DNA from: Atractiella rhizophila
Taxonomy: Eukaryota
NCBI GenBank assembly: GCA_021432655.1
Contig: MU271193.1
Location: 106,961-170,960 of the forward strand
Length of the DNA stretch: 64,000 nt
Reading direction: 5' to 3'
A model generated the notes under the pieces. It was not told where the DNA came from. It made no database searches and worked only from the letters and a program-made list of their open reading frames with translations. Of this stretch, positions 35,636-46,694 are shown piece after piece; position 1 is the stretch's first letter, and each line of letters starts with the position of its first letter. The translations under genes and the position numbers were made by a program.

Positions 35636-37633
35636 CAGGGGTAGTGTTCAAGAATGACACTGAGAAAGTCTACTTGCATGGGAAAGATTGGAAGATGTTT
35701 GGAATCGCATCTATCGGTCGAACGCTAATCACCTTACAGGCGAGTTACCTTCCTGCTCCACTTCCTTCGAGAAAAAACCCTCACATGGCTTTCGTCGCAG
35801 TGCCTCTATGTACCTGGCATCAAAAGCTAGGACACCCAAGCAACGAAAGGCTCCGCTTGGCCATCAAGTGTGAAATCCTGTCAAAGTCTGAAATAAAGGA
35901 TAACTGCAATGCAATCCAGTTAAATCAGTGCTTAACTTGTACAAGAGGAAAGATGATATACACAGGGAGTAAGGGGCCTGCAAGTGTAAGGGAGGAATAC
36001 CTGGGGAAAACTTTGGGGTTTGACACCTGGGGACCGGCTACCATTTCCAGTACCCAAGGCTTTCGTTGCACTTTTGGCGCAGTGGACGAAGCATCGAGGT
36101 ACATGATCGTAGGCGGGATGAAATTACAGTTGGAGGCACCACAAATGTTGGAAGGAATACGGGCTGCGATAAAAAGGGATCTCGAGGTCAATCTTAAAAG
36201 GACACGCCATGATCAAGCGCCATAATTCATGTCGCATGCCATGAGGGAGTAGTGCAATAAAAATAACATTGCATCAATGAAGACGATGGCATACGCACAT
36301 GACCAGGGCGGCCTATGGGAAAGGCAATGGTACACTCTCTTCAATATTGTCTGTTGTCTTCTACTTGAGTCAGGATTACGGCTATATCTATGGTACGAGG
36401 CACTCAAGGTTGCGGTGTACATGAAGAACATTATGCCTACGAAGGGGAACAAAGGAAATCAGTCTCCTTACAAAGTGTCCTCAAAAAGAAACCAGATATT
36501 ACTCACATCTGGGTATTTAGTTGCTTAGTAGCAGTGAAGATCATGCCTGAAACAGCGGCACTCGAAATTACTCCCCTGTGCGAAGTTGATATATTTTGTT
36601 GGGTATGTTGCGGATGGTTACGGCTGGAGGTTCTGGGATCCAACGAGGCGGAGGATCGTGGAAGGACAATCAGCGAGGTTCTTTGAGGATCGTTTCTATA
36701 CAGGAAGACATGAGCAAGTGACAGAGGTGATATAAAATTTGGGACCAGGTGACTTTCTATCTATACTACTACCTCAGGAACCAACGAAGGATGCTGAAGG
36801 AGGGCATATCGGGGGGGGGGGGGGAGTTTGCAGGAGTACCATCCTGTCACCACCTGAAGATGACCATTCATTCATACAGGATGTGGGGTCTCAGATCGAG
36901 GAAACATTACGGGAAGCCAGGGAGGAGGAAGATGCACATGCGCAATTCTCACCCTACAGAGAAAGATGGGAGTAAGGAACATAGGGAAACCGGGATGGGA
37001 CTACAAGAAATTACATGAGCGAGGGTTATACTTCACTCAAATCTAAATCTATGGGGAAGATGACATCAATGGATCTGTCATAGAACTAGCTGCAGAAGTC
37101 AAGTGGAATCCGAAGGCTTTCAAGTTGACTACTAGCCAAGATGAAGAGGATAAATAACGATGAGCAAGTCTTCTGGACAGGAAGTTTGGACGAACCGTCG
37201 TTCAAACAAGCGATAGCGGGACCGGATCGTGATCGATAGATTGCAGCCATGGTGGCAGAGTTGGCTGCACTGGAAGCAATGGGAACTTGGAAAGGAGGAC
37301 TGAGAAACTTGCCACAGGGAAGAAAATCATTGGGGGTGAAATGGATGTTGTTGATAAAGTGGGACCCAGTGGGGGAAGTCGTCAAGTATAAGGCCAGACT
37401 GGTAGTGCGAGGCGATCAGCAGACTGAGGGAATCGATTACAAAGAGACCTGGGCATCCACAGTACGCATGGCCTGCCTTCGTGCAGTGCTCTCTATTTCA
37501 GCACAGGAAGGATGGGTAGGGCGCCAATTCGATGTTACTAATGCCTTCCTCAACGGCGACATTGAGGAGGAAGTCTTTGTGAAGCAACCACCTGGATTTG
37601 TGGACGAAGAGTGCTGATGCTGAGACGAAGTGG

Positions 37634-38206
37634 TGTTAGGGCTGACACTATGTACGGTCGCCGATAGGCGATGCGTCTGTAGTGGAGATAAACCTAAGTG
37701 CATGATATGACATGAAGACTAACCTGTAGTGGAGATAAACCTAAGAGAATACTCTGAGGTCACCTCCACTACTCTCTGATCTATATATACAAGCGGAATA
37801 ACACTACCACAAAGCGTAGAGGAGAGCAGATGAAACATGTAAGAGAACTAGAAGGGGAAGTGACAGTGGGATTACGCGGAATTAATAAGAGGAGGATAGG
37901 CACAATTGGGCTAAGTGGTGATGTAGGCGCAAATGGGCGAACGGGCGAACGGGAGAACGCAGTGGCGACGGGAGAACGCAGTGGCGACGGGAGAACGCAG
38001 TGGCGACGGGAGAACGCAGTGGCGACGGGAGAACGCAGTGGCGACGGAGAACGCAGTGGCGACGGGAGACGCAGTGGCGACGGGAGACGCAGTGGCGACG
38101 AGAGACGCAGTGGCGAACGGGCGCCGATTCGCAGGGAACGCAAATGGGCGATAAGAGACGCAATCCGGCGGACGGGCGCCGATTTGCGTAAGATGCAAAC
38201 CTGACA
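37634..38206 (-). mobile_element. Solo LTR, modular family type B, with internal minisatellite
   Basis: TGTTAGGG...AACCTGACA ends; perfect TSD AGTGG; interrupts Copia B RT. Confidence 0.92.
37951..38116 (+). repeat. Minisatellite: GGGAGAACGCAGTGGCGAC (19 bp) x5 plus about four 18-bp variants
   Basis: Read directly; head-to-tail units with no spacers. Confidence 0.95.
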
Positions 38207-39035
38207 AGTGGACAAGTTGGGAAAAAGCTCTGTATGGGTTGTGCCATGCGGGACGTCAATGGTGGAAGAAGATGAAGGGGGTGCTTACGGATTTGGGATT
38301 CACACAGACTTCAGCATACATCATGCGCAGATAGGACGATGCTATCATTATCTGTCTTCATGTTGATGATGGGCTGGTCGTGGGCAGCTCTGGATCACTC
38401 ATGGAGGATGTATTCTAACGATTGGGAGAATTCTTCAAACTACAAGTGGGACCAGCGTCTGTTTTCCTTGGCATACAAATCGAAGGGGAGGATTGGGGGA
38501 AAGCGTGTGAAGATACATCAGAAGCGGTATGCGACCAAGGTTGTCCGTAAATATCTTGACGATTCTGTCTCATCAGTACAGATGCCCTGCGATGCTGGTA
38601 AACAACTGTCCTCGGATCTATCACCTACATCGTCAGTCGAACAAGAGCAGATGCAGAGTGTACCTTACAGAGAGGCGGTCGGCGTACTTATATACGTCTC
38701 CACATGCACCTGTCCCGACAATGCCTACACAGTATCAGAGGTAACCCAGGAATGGGTCACTGGCACGCAGTCAAATGAGTCTACTGCTATATCGCCAGCA
38801 CATTAGATTTTGGACTAGTTTATGACGGCTACATGTATACTCACCCATCACTTGATGCCTTCGTCGACGAGGATCATGCTGCTGATCCAGTCACTTGACG
38901 TTCTGTTTCTGGGTACTCTTTCGCAATACGGGAGCGGCCATTTCGTGGGTCTCCAAAGGTTAGGTCGCGGTTGCAGTCTCATCGACAGAAGCTGAATATG
39001 TGGCAATGTCAGTGGCAACTCGGGCACAGCCGTAC

Positions 39036-42000
39036 CAGCGCTCCCACCATTACATTACAAAAAAAAAATATGCAAGTAATGTAATGCAACTTACATTAAA
39101 TTTTAATGTAATTTTCACTGCTCGTAATGCATTACATCTGTAAGCACATTGTGATTACAGGCTGTGGAAAATATAGATTATAATCATTATAATCTCATAT
39201 TGTAATGCACAACTCACGGTTTCTTACAGCCTTTTGAGTGACCGATCTAACATCTACTGCCTGGAGTTCCGGCCTGACAATGTTCTGGGTTCTCAACTTC
39301 TCAGCATATGACAATCCCCGTGCTTTCTTAGAATTTCGGAATCTTTGAACTGTCAACGTTCAGAATCAGAATCATTCCACATAAAGTGTATTTATTGGCA
39401 CCCACATGACCAAGACCCACCAACATCTACCCCACCCCCACACAACCAGCTGCTATGGCGACTTTGACCCCAGTACGGCGTTCCTCAACGCCCAATCTTG
39501 GGGCAAGCCCCATAGACTGTTTGATTTACACTAAGGATTCTCCTCCCTTGCCTCACTGTGTTTCTCTATTACTTTCAACACCTAGTCACAACTCCTCTCT
39601 GACCTCAAGGCATTCTGCAACTCGAAGCATTGCTTCTCAGGTTAGTCCCAAATCTCATTGACTTCAAGCTTGTTGGTGAATTATGGGGATAGAATGTCCA
39701 GGGAAGTAGTGGGTCACCGCTGATTCTAAGTGATTCGGGGCATTCCGTTACACATATACCAGTTAAGGAAGCAGTATGTTCTTGTGTCATCTCTGATTTT
39801 CAGTGTCTTATTCAATCAGCTATCCCAGCGGATTCCAAAGCGCTCTATACCCTTGCTGCTAGGAGAGAGGTGCTCCAACCACAGTTGAAGAAGAAAGTAG
39901 GTTTTTGTTCATTGATTTCTTAGAGCTCAAGTTAATTGCTGGATGTGTAGAGTGATACCTCAGCAGCAAAGAAGGACAAGAGAAAGCATCGGCAGCCTGA
40001 AACAGAGGAGGATGAATCTGAGGAGGAACTAGTGGCAGGCAACAAAATTGTGTGTTTTTCTTTTTTCAGCAAATCCACATCATACTAACATACAATCCTG
40101 TGAGGAGCAGACTGCGGTCAAGCTACCGAAGGGGAAGAGTTGGATGGAAGTGTGCTCAAGATTGAACAAGATTGCTGCCCAGATGATTCTGAGGACAAGG
40201 AACGGGAGTGGAAGAAACAAAAGACAGAAAGCCGGAGAAGCTATGGTAGTGGTCAACCACAAATACTAGATTTTTACAAGGTGCGCCAATTGTCAGGGTT
40301 ATGTGGTGAAGTGACTGAGCGATGTTCCCCAGGTTTAGTGGGTTGGAGGAACCAAATGGGAGGATTGTACTGAAGACAAACCTGCTGAATTCACCTGCAG
40401 GCTATGTGGGTACATCGGGCCTGTTGCTCTGCAAGGTTCCCAGTTCCGAAACTAATATGCTCAGTAGAAAGAAACGGAGTGTGTCCACAAAGAGGTACTC
40501 TAATTGCAATAGTCATCTGCATGACTGCCAAAACCGACACCTTGCGATTCAAATTATCATGATCCACCTCCTCTCCCTGCTTCAAAGGTCCCAAAATCAG
40601 TACCCAGAGATCCATCTACCTCCAAAACCTTCAAGCCAGTTCCAAAGAAAGAAGTTGACCGCTTCTTCCGGAAAACGGTTGAGTGGATTATTTGGAGAGA
40701 TCATGCATGGACTGTTGTTGAAGAAAATGAGCTTGAGCAAGCTATCAAGCTGAAGCCATTGATGAAGCTATATGGTTCCGCAACAGCAAGAAAGTGGGCT
40801 AGAAGATTATGTGATGCATTGAAGGAGCAGGTACAGAAAGAGTTGGATGAATTGATGGTATGTTCTCTTTTACAATGTCAGTCATTAGCTCACTTGCCTT
40901 AAAGGAGGACGTTAAAGTTCACCTTGAGACTGACATCTGGACCAGCCTGGGACAGATGCACACGATCATGGGGACGATTGGGCACTTGTCAGGCTTGCCC
41001 CTACGCATTATCGATATGCACCATTTGAAGTCACGTGACCTACTTTCACCACGTCATAGGATCACGTGCCTGCCCATCGCCGCTTTGCTCACGATCGCGC
41101 TGATCACCGCCTTCCCCTATCTCACACGAATCGCCGCTCAGCAAACCCTACACATTTCGCCGGTCTGCACTGTCTCTATTGTTGCTTTATTGTCCTTTCT
41201 CACTTGTACTGCTCAGTATGTCTTATTTCCGAGTATTCCCTTTATTGCTTTCCTGATCTAGCTATCTTACATGTTTCAAGAAACGTATGTTACAGTTTAT
41301 GGCAGTGCCTTTACATATGTATATATACATCGAGATGTAGTGGTGGTGACCTCAGAGTATTCTCTTAGGTTTATCTCCACTACAGGTTAGTCTCCTCATG
41401 CCATATTATTCCCTTAGGTTTATCTCCACTACAGACGCATCGCCTATCGGCGACCGCACATAGTGTCAGCCCTAACAGCACTTCATCGATCAAGACTGGA
41501 ATCGAAAGCGAAAGGTTCTTCTAGCAACAGTGCTTCAAGAGTCGCGTACTGCGCCGATGTTGGCAAGGCGATTGACAAAAGTTATTACCAATTGTAATCT
41601 TGTGAAGTTTGGTTTTTTTTATTCCTTCGTTTCACTTTGTCCTGACAGTGGGGGCACAGGAAATATCACTGAAGATTCCTGCTCTGTAAATCTCGCCTTG
41701 GTTCCTTTCCTTTCCACCCAATTAAAGTACAGCACGAGACACTTTGGGACCCAGATGACAACCACTCTTGGTGTGCAGCCCATGTCATCAACCCTGCAGC
41801 TTAAGATGCAATTGCTGCCGCTGGAGTTGGACCTTTGTCTAATGAGATTGATGTCTATAATCTTAATAAGCAGTTGGGGGTTCTCAACGAAGATTGTGAG
41901 GAAGCAACAGAAAAGCCAAAGGAGAAGGGGAAGGGGAAGGATAAGGATAACTCTGAGAAGAAATCTTTGGAGAATGTGGCCTTGGCTTGTGATGAGGAAG

Positions 42001-42316
42001 GCTGGTCTGAAGCTGAGTCTGAGGCAACTCATATCTCTGCAAAATGAGGAAACCGATTGGGATACAGAACAACCTCAGCCTCTGCTTGTACAGGCAACTG
42101 GCATAATCAAGCAGTCGAAATGGAGTGCACGGGATAAGGTACGTTGTTTCGTTTCATCATGCAGCTTGATTAACTAGTAACATAGATTGTCAAAATCTCA
42201 AAGGCCATTCGGCAGACACATGGATGACGGAAGGCATTCCTCAAGGTTTCACAGAAACATTCGAAGCCAAAGGATCAGAATCTTCCCCCGCTCAAGAACA
42301 ATACGACACGCTGGAA
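39036..42316 (+). mobile_element. Second hAT-like element, right end deleted
   Basis: Starts CAGCGCTCCC with clustered CATTAC/GTAATG subterminal repeats. Transposase motifs ETDIWTS, GH|FIDQDW, CAAHVIN and NTTRW. Copia RNase H sequence resumes directly after TRW. Confidence 0.72.
40987..41477 (+). mobile_element. Solo LTR, modular family type A
   Basis: TGTCAGGCTTG...CCCTAACA ends; perfect TSD GCACT. Confidence 0.92.
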
Positions 42317-42774
42317 GATATTGCGGTCCACTACCACTTCACATGGGAGCGGTAGAAGATGGCACCATAATCCTAGAATGGATCCCCATGAGGCATCAAG
42401 TTGCACATGTGCTCACGAAGGGTTTGGCGGCGATGATCCATTGGAGGTTCTGCATGTTGATGGGCCGCGTTGGAAATGAGGTATACGGTATGGATACGTC
42501 GAAGAATGTGCTGGAGAGGGGAGCGGTGATCAGTGAGGATGGAGCGGTGAAGTGAGGGGGAGTGTTGGAAGATGGGGTGGAGATATGAACGTGTTGAGGT
42601 GTTTGGGGCGCGTTCCGATGCAGATGCAAACATGTGGCACTTCACTGCAAGTCCGGTCTTATAACAAGGCACCTGGGAGTCCATTTTTTCTTTCCCCAAT
42701 CACATCATAATACATTTCATTGCATTCAGTTCTGTATGATTGGGGATCTTTTAGCCTCAAGCCAAAATCTCATT

Positions 42775-43228
42775 CCATCTATGTTGTTATTGTAGAACGG
42801 GAATGACATTACTTCATTGTTTTTACATGCTTTATTCTATAATATTCAAGAAAAAGTAAGTAGTAAACAAACTAGAAAGTGCGAGAACAATCGCCACTCA
42901 AGTGAGATGGCAGGATGAACTGTGAACAACAACAAGCTAACTTCATTTGCAACAAAATGGCACCTGTTGCGAAATTTGACATGTCGACTTCAAGCAAAAA
43001 TCATCCTATTGTCAGGATGTGCCGAAACCGGTGCTGAAATCATGAGTTGTTTCAAAGTCGCGAACGAACATTGCTGATCTACCCTCAGACCCAAGAAACA
43101 TAGTTTTTTGTCAGTTTGTGTTAAGGTTGCACGATGTGACTAAATCTGTACAAAAGCAGCAGTAGAAATTAGCAAAGCCAAGGAACATTTGGACTTCTTC
43201 ATGCTTTTAGGTTCTGGCCAATCCATCG
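42775..43228 (-). mobile_element. Ty3/Gypsy pol remnant (RT end and RNase H start), 5' part of the split element
   Basis: Alignable to 24714-24882, followed by APVSAHPD...EVDMSNFATGAILLQ. Confidence 0.78.
42782..42934. mobile_element. Short AT-rich solo LTR-like insertion
   Basis: TGTTGTT...AACAACA ends; TSD ATCTA/AGCTA; removal restores the Gypsy reading frame. Confidence 0.65.
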
Positions 43229-43229
43229 C

Positions 43230-44374
43230 TCACCGGAGCGCCTCGTCCCTGTCAGTGACCCATCCTCGTATTGCAACCCCGTCCACCTGTTGAATTCGAT
43301 CGTCATCCAACTCTCTCTCTCTGCGACAAGATGCTATATCTCTCAGCTCCCTCACAAAATCCTCACTTTACTTCGGCTTTCTCCAGAAGGACACTTTTTA
43401 CAGCAGTTTCAACGATGGCGAGGAGGAAGAATCCGAGTTTTCGAAAGTCAGCCATACATGGAAACTTCTTTCGGTTCCTTATTGGATGGAGCCTTGGAGT
43501 GCGGTTGAGAAACATGATAGATTGAAACGGTATCCTGGTGCAGGACGTCTGTGGAAGAGGCTTAACTTCGAGCAAGTCGACGATGAAAAAAAAGTCAAGA
43601 TGGTGAAAGAAGTTATTGCAGGCTCAATGAATGTTAGGGAGCTGTGCATGAGACCATTGTGGAATGAAGCGGAGGCAAAGGTGGTGTTGAATGCAATTGC
43701 AAGCTTGGGGAGGGTGAGTGTGTTACCTTTGGGCAGGTCGATCCTGAAAGGTGGAAGAAAGAGGATGTGGAGTACTTTCTTCGGAATACGAAGGGGAAGA
43801 GTACACGTCTCACGTACGACACGGGGGGCTCTCCCTCGTCCGCTGCCCCTCTGGGATCAACCCTCCATCGATTAACTCCTCATTAGAAACCCTAGACCTC
43901 AACAACTGCCATTCCATCCTGACGAATGGCTCTCCCTCCTCCCAGACACTCTTCAGCAGTTTCGACTTATGGATGTGAGTCTCCTCCCTGACTCTGTCGG
44001 CTCTTCGCCATCTAGCCTGCGAAAACTAGAGCTAGTACTCTTTCCGTTTTCTTTCCTGCACGAACCACTCGACTGGTCACACCTTGTACACCTAACCTAT
44101 CTCATTCTTGACGGCGGAGCAGAAACATTGCCGTGAATTCCTCAGCACTCTTAAGACGACGAAGGTCAGGCTGGTCGAGCTTGCCTACCTGGTGACGGAG
44201 TGGTCAGAGCTACCGCATTTCATCCACAGGTTCTACAAGGTTAATCAAGGATATTCTTTGAAAATTAGGTTATTCTTTGGTGAGGTATCTGATGAGGTAC
44301 TTAATAAGGCTCTGAGCGTAGTAAAAGAGCATGGGAGCAAACATGATCGGGTTGACGAGCCTGAGGATGATTGA
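43230..44374 (+). pseudogene. F-box/LRR-like pseudogene, paralog of 12940-14733
   Basis: PWSAVEKHDRLKRYPGAGRLW...VKEVIAGS aligns to PTSAEEKYARLTQYPFAGRLW...KELIAGS. It has several frameshifts and lost its 5' end at the edge of the TE nest. Confidence 0.78.
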
Positions 44375-44626
44375 TACACGAAACTTGCGATTAATTATCT
44401 ACACTATGTATTACTATAAAATATGGAAATTTAGCGGCTTACAAAGAAGCAAGGAAGTACTAAGAAACGTCCCTCTTCAACGGTTCAACCAGAACCCTTC
44501 GCGTTGCACAAACTCTTTCCGCGCGGCCCATGAGCTTTTTCTTTCCTTGCTTCAATTTCAAATAACATGTCTCAACAACATCCCAGTAATAATCTGGTAA
44601 TGCGCAAGTCAGAAGTAATATTCAGG

Positions 44627-45513
44627 ATGGCTCTCCTCAAGGTGGTTCGTCCGAACAAGCCGCTAAAGCCCAACATCCTCCGTCCAATTACATACGGGCT
44701 GCTCTCACTCATCCCCCTTTCCTGCACTCTTCATCTATTCACAACCCACTTCCTCACTGTCCAAACCGTGCGTCACTCTCCACCCATCCAGCCATAACCC
44801 AGCCTCAAAAAGCGCTTCCAAAGTGCGTAGGCCAATCCATGTACCCCACCCTCACCACTGGACACGCCATTCTCATCGTCCGCCCTGTCCTCCTTCGTCT
44901 CCTCGCTTGTCTCCCTTCCTCTTCCTCTACCTCATCGACCTGCAGCACTTCCTCCCCTTCTACTTCTCCTACACTGACAGCGAAAAAATCGCTCATCAGT
45001 TCGTTAAAGAACCTAAGCGCCTTCCATCGCGGCCAACTGGTCGCCTACTCCCTGCCCTTGCACCCACAAGGGTGCGGAATGAAGCGAATAATCGGTGTCG
45101 AAGGGGACGTAATCGAGTACGTACCTCCCAGCCGTCTCAACCCTAGCATGGTCGACTACGACGGCATTTGGCGTTTCCCATCCTCCGACTCCTCTCCCTC
45201 TTTCTCCTCACAACCAACCTCAAAACGGAAGGAAAATCGGAATGGAGGATCGAATGAGGAAGACACGATAAGAGTCCTCGTTCCCAAATCTCACCTCTGG
45301 CTAGAAGGCGACTCCCCCTCCTTCTCCATCGACTCTCGCACTTTCGGGCCCGTCCCTCAATCTCTCGTCGTCGGAAAGGCGTGGGCTATCGTCGGCACAG
45401 ATGGTCGTAGGTTGGAGCAGGAGGTTAAGGGGAGAAAAGCAGGGGGAAACGTCGTGGACAGCATTAGGTTGAGGAAGGAGGGGAAGGAGGTCGAGGTTGA
45501 GGTGATTGAGTGA
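44627..45513 (+). CDS. Mitochondrial inner-membrane peptidase (IMP1/IMP2-like, S26), copy 2
   Basis: Same two-exon structure and Ser/Lys motifs as 8214-9100; intact frame. Confidence 0.88.
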
Positions 45514-46694
45514 AGTGAGTGTTGACGCTGGAGATCTGATTCATATCATCCTGTGCCTTGCCGAACAAGAGTATGCATCACGATTACAACCGTCGTGGTC
45601 CGTGTCGCATGGGCTTAGAGAGATAATCTTAGAAGGGGACGAGTCAAAATCCCATAATTGTGACGCTTCTTGGCTCCGGCGTACTGCATCAATATATATT
45701 TTTAGAGGACACGGGTGTTCATGTATGCGCCATCTACCTCAACAGATTTGCAATTATCTAAGTGATATGCTAAATATTCAAGGCCCTATTTTATGCAGGG
45801 CAGTCACGGGACCGAACTTCAAAAGTAAGAACAAACGATGTTGCGAGATCCTGTCCTTTTGCTTCGTATTGTCAAGACAGCATCTTGAAGTACGATGAAA
45901 CTTGAGAGTGAGAACGCAAATGGCTAGCGTTTTTGTTGAACAAAAGGTGACCATTTAGGAAATTTCAGGTCCACGCTCCAAAACCCGCGCTGCCGAGGAG
46001 AGAGTTGTTCAACGTCCTTGAAGCGGTCGTGGGTGCACGAAATACGGAAGGAGGCAGACCTCCCATTCGTATGACAAAGAGCGAGTTCAAAGTAGTGGAA
46101 ATGTGAGCAGGATGGCGCCGTGACAGCTTGAGCGATGAGCGATGATCAGTCCCACAAGAAACTCTCTCGAAATTCGCCCAAGAACCTCTGGCCGATATTG
46201 CCCTCCCGTCTTCTCGCTGGCGAGCATCAATAACTGTGTTGGCTTCATCTTTACCTGAAAGCTACTGCACCACTTCCGCCCCTCACACTTTGTGATCTGG
46301 TGCATCCTAGTATGCTGCCGAGGGCTGCCTCGTTCAAAGTAATAACAGGGGCGATCGGGACGGCGCTGCAAACGAGGGGGAAAGTGAAGGAAGGGAGGGC
46401 AAAGAGCTTCGTGAGCCTGTTTGGAGGAAATAGGTACCTTATTATTCAATTTAGTGGGAACAGTAGGGGTAGAGCTACGAGGTTGAGGAAGTTGGATTGA
46501 CATGGGAAGAGCGAGAGGGATGCGTTTGACAATGTGGAGTAGGAAATGGATGGAATCTTTGAAAGAGAGAGATTTGTGAAGAAAGTGTACGATGATACAG
46601 ATGAAAAGCAAAGTACTCAAAATGTCATCTCTTATGAAATGTATTGTAGTCATTCGTGCCTACGAACAAAGTGGCAAGAACCCATTTACCTCTC

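Larger units (their letters stand above)
18728..42774 (+). mobile_element. Ty1/Copia element B, decayed, expanded to about 24 kb by nested insertions
   Basis: 5' LTR 18728-18909 and 3' LTR 42563-42774 are alignable; TSD CCATC; PBS-like TGGTAGTGAGAG at 18910; polypurine tract GAGGGGGAG before 42563. Domain order: gag zinc knuckle (about 20441), protease FHL(G)SAASLHLT (about 34925), WHQKLGHPS / CxxC / DTWGP integrase, RT (KARLVVRG, DVTNAFLNG, LHVDD), RNase H (STEAEY, VLTKGL). Confidence 0.88.

Noticed and set aside
37951..38116. CRISPR-like array
   Set aside because: Units are head-to-tail with no unique spacers, lie inside an LTR, and the context is eukaryotic with no cas genes.
46087..46653. 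188-aa ORF
   Set aside because: No family motif; it lies in the 3' flank of the SDR gene and may be a chance ORF.
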